NCBI RefSeq assembly: GCF_001194135.2 | Contig: NC_068987.1 | Location: forward strand, 73,312,211 to 73,376,210 | Length of the DNA: 64,000 bases | Reading direction: 5' to 3' | Origin: Octopus bimaculoides | Taxonomy: Eukaryota | Part shown: piece after piece, positions 27,101 through 35,880 of the stretch | Layout: each line of letters starts with the position of its first letter | Position numbering within the stretch: position 1 is the stretch's first letter | Notes under the pieces: model-generated | Seen by the model: the letters and a program-made list of their open reading frames with translations, nothing else | The model's database searches: none | What the model was told of the DNA's origin: nothing | Made by a program: the position numbers and the translations under genes

Positions 27101-30100
27101 TGTTTGGAGGTAATGTTTAATGACTTGTATACACAAATATGTTCTGATGCACAAATTGTTTTCCCTGTGACATGGAAAAAGAAAAAAATGTTTGCATGTG
27201 CTTCACTGAATACTTGGACGTTTTGTATACAAACCTGAAAATATTAAAATAATTTTGGCACATATTTCTCATGTCTACTAAAATATGCATTGGCATTAAA
27301 GAACAATGTTTAGTGAAACTGTACGAAGTAGGGTATGGTTTTAACCATGTATGAGGCTCTATAATACTACACTCTGCTTGATAAATATATTCAATGTTAT
27401 ATTTTATATATAAAATAAATATATTTTATTACCATAAGCACAGGTGTAGCTGTGTGGTAAGAAGCTTTCTTCTCAACCACAACATGGTTCCAGGTTCAGT
27501 CCCTCTGCATGGCACTTTGGGCAAGTGTCTTTTATTATAGCCTCACCAAAAGCCTTGTGAGTGGATTTGGTAGATGGAAACTGAGAGTCTATGTATTTTT
27601 AAAAATTTGTGTAGTACTTTTTTTAATATACTTTTTATCTCCTTGAGTTTGGCTCTCCAAGATAAGATAACAGACGAGTAGTGGAGGTGGGTTATCAATG
27701 TATTTTCTGAGGCCAACTCATTTAATTTTTAATTGTCAGTTACACATCTGGACTTTTAGGTTTATTTATTTATTTTTGGCTCTGGAGGAAGACAGTACCC
27801 ATTGCATGCTCTTCCATACTGGTGTGCAAGATTATTGTTGTTAATGTTCTTGAACCTTTGTAAGTCAATCTCTGTGGGAAAGATACTCACAGGAAGAAAA
27901 TTCCAGAGGATTGATGTTCTAGGAAGGAAGGATTGGACACAATGATTAGTGAATGACCTGGGGATTTTGGCCACTGCAATGGTGGTTGATGAGAAGAGAG
28001 GAGACAAGTAAGACAGGAATGCCTGAGTGTAGGAGGTGTAAGCCCAACCAGCTGTGAAGAGCAGAAGTGTTACAGTAATGATAGAAAAATGGGGAGATAG
28101 TGTTCCTGTGGGCTAGAGGCTGAAACATCTCTATGACTGACTTTATATCAATCTAAGTAGGTATCAGACGCCATTGTCAATAGTACTGTTGCACCGTGGA
28201 ATTGGCTTGGCATGCTGAGTTCATAGTCTTTCAGTAGGAAAAATCTTCATCTGAAAAATCAACATTCTCTAGAAGGACGGATATGTCTCTCATCTGCTTG
28301 AAAATATATAAACCAGTGGTAAGTATACTATCCAATTGGGTCTTAGTGAATAGGGAAACCTGATTATATGAGGGGCCCTTTCTCCATCTCATCCTCTCTC
28401 TCTCTCTCTCTGTTGTTTGACATGAATCAAGACAACTTTTGGTTTATTTCAGATGCAGAAATGTATTGCATTGGATGAGAAGTTACAAGACATGGATCAT
28501 ACCATCACTGTCAACTCACAGTATGTGCAAAAGGTAATGTTTTATATCATTGTCTCTTGTTAGGTTCGAAAGTATCTTGATTAAATAGATCAATTAAAAC
28601 CAAAGAAACTTTTTGTTTTTTTTTCTCCTCCATCTTGAGCTGCAACTGAACTTCTTTCCAATCTAATACTTGATGATGATGATGATGTTTTCATTTTAGC
28701 AGATTTGTCTTTGAAGCTGCAACTAGTTGTGTACGCTGTGTACTAAACCAGTTGATTATTCTTATCTTGTCACTTGTAATTCACTGTGTTATAAGCCAAG
28801 GTTGATTTACTTTCTAACTGACTCAGGTTTCTTGGTTGTAAATATCAGGTCATTAAGAATAAAATGTCCAGTTTTCTGATGCACCAAGCTTGACAGTAAT
28901 TATCCTAACAATTCTTTGTTTTATAACATTGAAGAGTTACATCATCACTTTTCAAAATGCAATACATGGTATCTGATTATACTGTGAGTTTTCTCTTGTA
29001 AACTAGTTTTTGTGAACCCATGGATAGATTAAAAAATTCATGTTGTTTATGAATACGAGTTCCGTCATGGAACCAATGCATCCCAGACGTGCTTGAAACA
29101 TCAATGATGCGTTTGAAGATGTGGCGAATGAGTGCTCTGTACGTTGATGGTTTGAGAAGTTCCAGTTTGGTGACTTTACTCTTGAAAATCAGTCACGTGG
29201 TAGACCTGAGACCAAGGTGGATAATGATGAGCTGGAAACTGTAGTGGAAGCAGATACATCTCAAACTATGTGTGAGTTAGCGGCAAGGTTTGATGTTTCG
29301 ATTCCAACTGTATTGGACCATCTGAAACAATTCGACAAGGTAAAGAAGCTGCATAAGTGGGTACCACATGAACTGAATGAACATCAAATGACACATCGTC
29401 TTGAAACTTGCTGTTCTTTGCTGTCATGGCAGAAAAACTAATCATTTTTGCATCGTATTATTACGTGTGATGAAAAATGGATTCTTTTCAACAATAGCAA
29501 GTGTTCTGCACAGTGGTTGGATAGAGACGAAGTGCCAAAACACAATCCGAAAAAGAATATTCATCAAAAAAAGCTAATGGTGTCTGTATGGTGGTCCAGC
29601 ACTGGTATCATCCACTACAGCTTCATGAGACCTGGTAAGTCAATTACAGCGGATGTATACATCAACCAATTGGATTAAATGATGAGTGAATTTGCAATTA
29701 AAGAACCAAGATTGGTCAAAAGAGACAGACCAATTCTCTTGCAAGACAATGCTCGACCACATGTTGCACAAAAAACACTACTCAAGTTACAGGAACTGAA
29801 CTTTGAAGTACTCTGTCATCCACCATATTCACCAGACCTTGCACCAACTGACTATCACATTTTCCAGGCATTAGACAACTTTTTGCAAGGAAAAAACTTC
29901 AAATCTGAAGATGCAAAAACAGCCTTTTATGATCTCATCACCTCTTGCTCTCTGGAATTCTTCACTGCCTTCATAAGTAAGCTACCAATAAAATGGCAAA
30001 ATTGTGTTGATAATTTAGGTGCATACTTTGATTAACTGCATTGCTTTTTGTTGAGATAAAGTAAAATAAACTTTCAGTTCAAAATTGGACATTTCATTTC

Positions 30101-32874
30101 TTAATGACCTGGTATATATTGTTATTGAGGAATTTAGAAAGAAGCTAGAGTAAGCTTGCAATCCTTGCTTCAGATTCATCTAAGACTTTGGATTGTACAT
30201 AGACTGGATACCATTCACATCAAGTTGACATGGTCTTATTTTCTTGTGAAATTTCTCTGTGTTGACNNNNNNNNNNNNNNNNNNNNNNNNNNNNNNNNGG
30301 GGGGGGGGATTGACAGAATCATTAGAGCATTGGACAAAACACCTTGCAGTTTTTCTGTTGGCTCTTTAAGTTCTAAGTTCAAATCCCACCTAGGTCATCT
30401 TTGTTTTTCATCCTTCTGGGAGTCAATAAACTAAAGTGCCAGTCTAGTACAGGGGGTTGATTAAACTGACTTAACCCCTCCTCTGAATTTCAGGATTTGT
30501 GACTATATTAGAAACAATACCTCTTGGTGTTGTGCTTGTTCAGTAACAATAGTGACACATATTGATAAACTTCACATACTTCTTGTTAACAATAAATAAT
30601 TGGATGTTACAGTTTTTGTAAATGTTTTGACTTCCATCTTTCTATACTCAGTTAAACCTTGATTAAGCAGAAATATAATCAAAAGATGTCCAGTCATGAT
30701 CATCTATTCTTTTAACCCTTTAGCAAACAGATCACTCTGTCAAATGTAATGCTTATTTATTCACCTTGTTTAGAATTAATAACTGCTTATCTCATAGCTT
30801 TTAGAATTTGATGATGTTGATTGTTTATTTTTAACATGACAGTACAGGGTAGGTGGGAGAGGGTGGATCTGCCTGGTTTGAACATAAAACAGAATATTTT
30901 GGCTGGATATGGCCAGCTCAGATGTTAATGAGTTAAGGAATATCTTTGTCTACATTGTCCAGTGTGTCCTTTCTTTACTGTCTTTAAGACTGTAGGGTGT
31001 GATTTTAGGATATGTTGGTTACTATCACTTGCAAGTTGAATAATCACAGAGTATCTAGACATGTTTAATTAGGTCAGTGCTTATATGTACTGATGGCAGT
31101 CAGTCATAACAGACATAACCAAGATGGGTATAGTCAAAACATAACAGCATTATGTTTTTAAAGAGCACATCTATGAGAGATAAATTTGCCTTTTGCTATG
31201 CGCTTACATTGAGCATGATACACAGATAGCTATTTTATTCTAATCCTGCTTCTGTTGCATATAATAGATTTTTATTTAGCCAGGTAGCTATTTGCAATAC
31301 CAGTGATTGCTTATTTGCTGTTTTCCTATATTGTTGGCGACAGGTGTCATCTTAACATGCATTTGGCTGTGATGCCAATTACATGTATGCAATTAGCAAC
31401 CCCCAGCTAGGCAGAAATACTGCATCTAACATTCTCACTGTCTGCAGCTAGGATGATTTTCGTCTACCTCTATATATATTCTGTTTTTAAACACAGCATG
31501 TCCATAAAAGATATTATCTCTGAATAAATACTGCAGTAAATATATTTTTGTATGCAATGTATTTACATTAAATATGATACACACATGGCTGTTTTAATCT
31601 AATAATGCTTCTGTTGTATATAACATAACAGTGAAGGTGCATGGCTTAGTGGTTAGGGTATTTGGCTCACAATCGAAAGGTCGTGAGTTCGCAAACCAGT
31701 GGCACATTGTGTTCTTGAGCAAGACACTTTATTTCACTTTGCTTAAGTACATGTATTGAGTTGTACCTGTATTTCAAAGGGTCACTCTCGTCACATTCTG
31801 TGTCATGCTAAATCTCCCAGAGAACTATGTTAATGGTATGTATGCTTGTGGAGTGCTTAGCCACTTGCATGTTGATATCACAAGTAGGTTGTTCCGTTGA
31901 TTGGATCAACTGGAACACTACACTGGTTGTCGTAACCAATGGAGTGTCATACCACCATATAACAGTTATACTTTTTTGGCCCTTGTTTTAGGTGGTTTGC
32001 ATCCCAATATAATGTTTAGGGGTCCTTTAAACAACCAACACTATCCTGAGAGTACTGTCCATCTCAATCTGTTCAAACACATCTGCAATACTCTAGATAA
32101 TCATTGCGACACTATCCTGGGAACATTATCCCTCCTGACCTGTTCAAATATATGAACACTCCAGAACACCACTACAACACAATCCTGAGAGTTCCATCCT
32201 TTCTGTATTGTCCAAACAGGTCAGAACATTACTGCAACAACCCTGAGCACTAACTACTACATTGCCATCCTCAAAGAACACTATCCTTTCCACCTTGACA
32301 AATGTAATAAAAATAGCAGCTAAATCTTTCTCATCTAATCTGCAGTGTTAAAAGAAAGAAAGAAGTAAGGGCACATTAATGCCATCCTAGATATACTGAT
32401 CATCATCATCCTCATCATCATCGTTGTTGTTTAACACCAGCTTTCCATGCTGGCATGGGTTGGACGGTTTGACAGGAGCTGGCCACACAGAAACCTGCAC
32501 CATATTTCTGTGTCTGTTTTGGCACAGTTTTTTGTGGCTGGATGCTCTTCCTAGCACCAACCACCCTTGCTGCAGAGTGCGCTGCAATCTAAAAAAAAAA
32601 AAAAAGGAAGAAAATGGAACGATTGTAGGTTTGTTTGATCAAGACTGCCACAGGCTAAACACCACCACCACCACCACCACCAATGAATCTTATATNNNNN
32701 NNNNNNNNNNNNNNNNNNNNNNNNNNNNNNNNNNNNNNNNNNNNNNNNNNNNNNNNNNNNNNNNNNNNNNNNNNNNNNNNNNNNNNNNNNNNNNNNNNNN
32801 NNNNNNNNNAGAGTTGTGGTTTACACGAGGAAGAACTGTCTGGTTCCTCCTCCATCAAAGGTCAAGGATACTGA
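1484..32874 (+). CDS. COPS3: COP9 signalosome complex subunit 3 (PCI-domain protein), spliced CDS of 14 in-window exons, 5'-partial
   Basis: join(1484-1613,2661-2773,4635-4687,6901-7002,8034-8108,8864-8968,11105-11194,12967-13017,14136-14237,15497-15568,17694-17780,20348-20461,28453-28533,32812-32874). All introns are GT-AG and the phases are compatible. The translation follows metazoan CSN3 throughout (e.g. [80 protein letters not shown]). Confidence 0.97.
2661..2773 (+). CDS. COPS3: COPS3 exon (human exon 3), 113 nt
   Basis: ttttaag|G TGT...AGC T|gtaagt; [37 protein letters not shown]. Confidence 0.95.
2860..3760 (-). mobile_element. RTE-clade LINE fragment (RT and C-terminal region)
   Basis: Minus strand reads DYAVDL.LLS..., [18 protein letters not shown] and [12 protein letters not shown], matching RTE (DYADDIALLS / LNAKKT / LYG.LPP) with frameshifts. 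Confidence 0.6.
4635..4687 (+). CDS. COPS3: COPS3 exon (human exon 4), 53 nt
   Basis: gattag|TT GCT...AGA CAG|gtaagt; (F)[17 protein letters not shown]; phases match both neighbours. Confidence 0.9.
6138..6869 (-). mobile_element. Non-autonomous Helitron-like element
   Basis: Minus-strand 5' end A|TCTATATATATATAAAA..GTCTGT at 6869; candidate CTAG|T 3' end at 6138-6141 with only a weak hairpin. Confidence 0.45.
6901..7002 (+). CDS. COPS3: COPS3 exon (human exon 5), 102 nt
   Basis: tttttccag|CCA...TGC AAG|gttaga; [34 protein letters not shown]. Confidence 0.92.
7634..7852. mobile_element. piggyBac-like MITE (related copies ~1809-2014 and 30716-30932)
   Basis: TTAA|CCCTTTAGCA ... TGCGAAAGGG|TTAA; TTAA TSD at 7630-33 and 7853-56; internal sequence shared by three copies. 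Confidence 0.8.
8034..8108 (+). CDS. COPS3: COPS3 exon, 75 nt
   Basis: tttttcag|TTG...GAA|gtaagg; [25 protein letters not shown]. Confidence 0.95.
8864..8968 (+). CDS. COPS3: COPS3 exon, 105 nt
   Basis: ttctgcag|GGA...GTG|gtaagt; [35 protein letters not shown]. Confidence 0.97.
10202..10331 (+). pseudogene. 5S rRNA pseudogene
   Basis: CATATCACATTGA..GCACCAGTTCTTGTTTGATCACTGAAATTAAG..GGCC..TTAGTAC..GATGGGTGACCG..TGGGAA..AGGTGCAGTAAGCATTT aligns across the full 5S length; many CpG transitions and a short insertion. Confidence 0.85.
11105..11194 (+). CDS. COPS3: COPS3 exon, 90 nt
   Basis: tttttcag|GCA...AAG|gtaaga; [30 protein letters not shown]. Confidence 0.97.
12967..13017 (+). CDS. COPS3: COPS3 exon, 51 nt
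   Basis: tattctcag|ATT...AAG|gtgagc; [17 protein letters not shown]. Confidence 0.95.
13770..14020 (-). mobile_element. RTE LINE fragment
   Basis: [15 protein letters not shown]...[20 protein letters not shown], the same family as 21980-23949. Confidence 0.8.
14136..14237 (+). CDS. COPS3: COPS3 exon, 102 nt
   Basis: tgttgcag|CCA...AAG|gtaaga; [34 protein letters not shown]. Confidence 0.96.
15497..15568 (+). CDS. COPS3: COPS3 exon, 72 nt
   Basis: ctctcaacag|GAC...AAG|gtaaga; [24 protein letters not shown]. Confidence 0.97.
16640..16790 (-). mobile_element. Penelope-like pseudo-LTR fragment (second copy ~59105-59275)
   Basis: Two dispersed homologous segments share AAGTCTTT.ACG.TTCGAGC.TACGCTCTT..ACAGAAAG and carry a minimal hammerhead-like topology on the minus strand. 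Confidence 0.6.
17694..17780 (+). CDS. COPS3: COPS3 exon, 87 nt (PCI winged-helix)
   Basis: tgtccatag|ACG...ATG|gtaagc; [29 protein letters not shown]. Confidence 0.97.
18854..19220 (+). mobile_element. tRNA-derived CORE-like SINE family A (representative copy)
   Basis: GGTTCAGTCCC B-box, (C)CTTGGGCAAGTG CORE-like motif, internal (TA/TG)n, tail GACTGAAACAAGTAAAAG. Other approximate copies: 5439-5556(-), 20581-20935, 27439-27590, 33495-33632(-), 34070-34240(-), 38993-39270, 45515-45745(-), 58255-58440(-), 60707-61100, 61335-61465, 61740-61950, 63725-63960(-). Confidence 0.85.
20348..20461 (+). CDS. COPS3: COPS3 exon, 114 nt
   Basis: cttttcag|ATT...GAG|gtaagt; [38 protein letters not shown]. 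Confidence 0.97.
21980..23949 (+). mobile_element. 5'-truncated RTE-clade LINE with 3' UTR and (GAT)n tail
   Basis: [77 protein letters not shown], with stops; ends GTTAAACGATGATGAT. Isolated 3' tails (+): 3918-4095, 10345-10490, 16250-16585, 19425-19600, 19815-20000, 25500-25655, 26840-27030. Tails (-): 13385-13600, 17200-17420, 24950-25330, 26175-26830, 32400-32580, 33250-33480. Confidence 0.88.
27760..28200 (-). mobile_element. CR1/L2-type LINE 3' fragment
   Basis: [33 protein letters not shown] motif followed by a (TAAA)n tail. Confidence 0.7.
28453..28533 (+). CDS. COPS3: COPS3 exon, 81 nt
   Basis: tatttcag|ATG...AAG|gtaatg; [27 protein letters not shown]. Confidence 0.95.
28845..30112 (+). 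mobile_element. Full-length (1268 bp) mariner transposon, D,D34D transposase pseudogene (Hsmar1/cecropia-like)
   Basis: TA TSD at 28843-44 and 30113-14; ~28-bp TIR (T/C)CAGGTCATTAAGAA..AAATGTCCA; ATG 29020 to TAA 30035 with [33 protein letters not shown]; internal stops (e.g. 29439-41, 29676-78) and an N-terminal frameshift. Confidence 0.95.
31636..31950 (+). mobile_element. tRNA-derived SINE family B (representative copy)
   Basis: TGGCTTAGTGG A-box, GTGAGTTCG B-box, TTGAGCAAGACACTTTATTTCAC core. Other approximate copies: 18015-18260, 21420-21525, 24176-24510, 51325-51600, 53637-53880, 57655-57860(-). Confidence 0.85.
32812..32874 (+). CDS. COPS3: COPS3 terminal coding exon
   Basis: ag|AGT TGT GGT TTA CAC GAG GAA GAA...TAC TGA; [20 protein letters not shown] resembles the CSN3 S-x-G-x-(Q/H)-E-D-D tail. 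The polypyrimidine tract is hidden in the N gap directly upstream. Confidence 0.85.
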   Translation, partial: SCGLHEEELSGSSSIKGQGY

Positions 32875-32995
32875 ATCATCCTCCCATCCCTCACCTAAAC
32901 GCTATGGATTCTAATTGAGTCGCACTGGTCAAGGAGACTTTAATGTGACCATTAGCTGGACAATGACCCTTCCCCCCATGATTTCACTGTTTTAG

Positions 32996-33126
32996 AATAA
33001 ATTCCTTAAGATTGGCTTTTGTTCCAGTCTTGGAATTTGTTCTAACTCTCCCCTGCCCCAACCCACTATCACCTCCACTACCAGCCTGTTGCTATGGTAA
33101 CTAATAACAGCTCAGACTCCAATAAA
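32996..33126 (+). terminator. Candidate COPS3 polyadenylation signals
   Basis: AATAAA at 32996-33001 and 33121-33126; the second is followed by a T/GT-rich tract. Confidence 0.55.
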
Positions 33127-34747
33127 CTGCTTTTCTTTTTATTGTTCCTTATCATGGTGTTGTTTTTCTTTTTTCTTCTCTCTTTGTGTTATTGTCATAA
33201 TTATTATTATCACAGTTGTATTTGTGTATGTGTGTGTGTGTGATCACCATTGTTTAACGTCTATTTTCCCATGATTGCATGAGTTGGACAGAATTTGTTG
33301 AGACAGATTTTGTACGGCCAGATGCCCTGCTTGTTGCAAACCCTCACCTGATTACAAACAACGGTAATATCTCCCCATGGCCAGACATGTTTTCACAAAA
33401 GACTGGAAATGAAGAACACTGCTTACCTGGCAGTTACATTCAGTTACAATTATCCCTTTTGAAGTCAAGGCAAGGTGATAGTACACACACACACACACAC
33501 ACACTGCAATGGCTTTCTTTCAGTTTCCATTGGTCCAGGACTATAACAGAAGATACTTGTCCAAAATGCAATGCAGTGGGACTGAACTTGTGACCATGTG
33601 GATGGGAAGCAAACTTCTTACCACACAGCCACACACACACATTCACTTGCACATACACACACACACACGTATATATATATGGTCATGCTGTATGCATTTA
33701 TTTCCATTGTTGTGTGTGGTTTAGTGTATTGTGTATGTATATATTCATTTGTTTTATGGTCTTTTTTCCGTGCTAGCATGGGGTTAGATGAATACTGTAT
33801 TATTAAAGCAATGTGTTATAACTGGATACCCTTCCTGCTGCTAACACTTAACTGTTTTTCAAGTAAAAGATTCTTTTGTATTTCATACATCTTTGAAAGT
33901 ATTGAGCAGTCGGACGATTTCTTGATGGAATTGTCAACTGAGTTTACCATTTTTAATTCAGCCCTATTTTCAGGTAAGCACTGAATGTAAATGGAGCAAA
34001 CCCACATTGAAAGACTTTAGGGTCATGCATTCAGATACATGTATATCTAGAACTAAACCTGACTGTGTGATTAAAAAGCTTGTTCCCCAACCATTTGACC
34101 TCATATTTAGTCCCACTGTGTGGCACCTTGGGCAAGTGTCTCCTACTGTTGCCCTGGGATGACCAAAGACTTGTGAGTGGATTTGGTAGATGGAACTGAA
34201 AGAAGCCTTCCGTGTGTGTGTGTGTGTGTGTGTGTTCGTTCGTGTGTACCCTTGTCCTGACACTATGCGATAATTGTAAACGAGCATCAACGTAGTACAA
34301 GCAAAAATAGGATTTGCAACAGTGAGTGCATCCGTCCAGAAAGTCTTGTCCCCTGCCCAGTAATTCTATAGTACATATTGTTTATGTTCTGTATTTACAA
34401 TATTTTGTACATTACTTATTCTACATTAACAATGTTTGATAAATCCAATATTCTATACTTACAACTCTAAATATTTCATATTCTGTACTTATAGCTCTAT
34501 ATATTCCGTATTCCATTCAGTCCGTATCCCACACTTACAATACTTCTTACATTTCCTAATCCTTATTTTCAATGCTCTATACAACCCAGATTCCATACTT
34601 GCAATACTCTATACATTTCACTTTCCATTACATTACAGTATACATTTCACATTTACATCAGTATTTTATATGTACAATATTCCATACATTTCACATTCCA
34701 AATATAGAATATGAAATGTATATTCTGAAATTTCATATTTTATATTA

Positions 34748-35540
34748 TATTGAGTCAAAAGTTTTGCAGTGTTTTAGTAACTTATTTGCTTTATTTGGCA
34801 CATTATAACAAAAGCAACCTAACATTCAAAATAGAGGCCATCGTATTCCACTGTCAGAAGCCACCTTTCCGCCTGTTTTTTTGGATATCCCACGCCAATA
34901 TCCATTTTTGTCTTTCGAGGCGAAGAACTCCTTCACTGAATTTTCATCCTCATTTTGGTTAATGAAGTGTCGCGAGCACAAAAAGTAAGAGATAGATTGG
35001 AACAAGTAATAATCCGACGGAGATATTTTTCTGCAATCCACACGTGCGTAAGCAGTGGTTAAAAAAATGGGCCAACTTCCGGAACCTGTCTACAAACCTG
35101 GGCGTTTTGAATTTAAGATAATGCTCTGCGTCTGATGGAATTATGAGGGGATAACTCACTACAAATTCGTTCCGGGTGGTTGAACCATCGATGTCAACAT
35201 GTACTCTGAACAGCTGGAGCGGTTGTATGCCACTGTGCAGCAAAATACCCGACACTGGTTAACGAAAAGCGAGCTCTTCTGCAGCAAAATGACGCAAGAC
35301 CTCATACTGCTCGAACGACCCGGAACGAACTCTGGAAATTTGAGGGAATCGAATTGTTAGCACATCCAGCATATAGTCCGGACCTCGTTCCCTCGGATTA
35401 TTACTTGTTTCGCTTGCTCTTCCTGCGCTTGCGACGTTTCATCAACCAAGAGGCCTCAACTTTGAAAGCCAGACTACTTTTGTTGTAAATTGACTATAAA
35501 ACAAATAAGTTACAAAAATATTGCAAAACTTTTGACAATA
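34748..35540. mobile_element. Rearranged (fold-back) mariner derivative
   Basis: TA-flanked; both ends are inverted copies of the transposase 3' end. PSDYYLF occurs on both strands; the + strand carries an ARPHT..HPAYSPDLVPSDYYLF segment. Confidence 0.75.
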
Positions 35541-35574
35541 TAGCAATTCCATACGTTTCATCCTTCCAATATTC

Positions 35575-35800
35575 GAGCTGGCAGAATCGTTAGCACGCCG
35601 GGCAAAATACTTAGCGGTATTTCGTCTGTCGTTACGTCCTGAGTTCAAATTCCGCCGAAGTCGGCTTTACCTTTCATCCTTTCGGGGTCGATTAAATAAC
35701 TACCAGTTACACACTGGTGTCAATGCAATCGACTTAATCCCTTTGTCTGTCCTTGTTTGTCCCCTCTATGTTTAACCCCTTGTGGGTAATAAAGAAATAA
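35575..35800 (+). mobile_element. tRNA-derived SINE family C (representative copy)
   Basis: GCTGGCAGAATCGTTAGC..GAGTTCAAATTCCGCCGA..CATCCTTTCGGGGTCGA. Other approximate copies: 2040-2200, 30305-30520, 61485-61720, 62963-63150, 63329-63510; minus strand: 47290-47450, 47660-47865, 48900-49110, 49140-49345, 53900-54075, 54080-54300. Confidence 0.85.
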
Positions 35801-35880
35801 ATATTCTATACATTTGATATATTTACAATAATTTCATACATCTTAAATTCCCCCTACAATATTTTACACATTTCATATTC

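Noticed and set aside
33816-33984. Alternative COPS3 terminal exon (SIEQSDDFLMELS...)
   Set aside because: The acceptor is weak and it lies beyond the better-matching terminal exon at 32812-32874 and its AATAAA signals.
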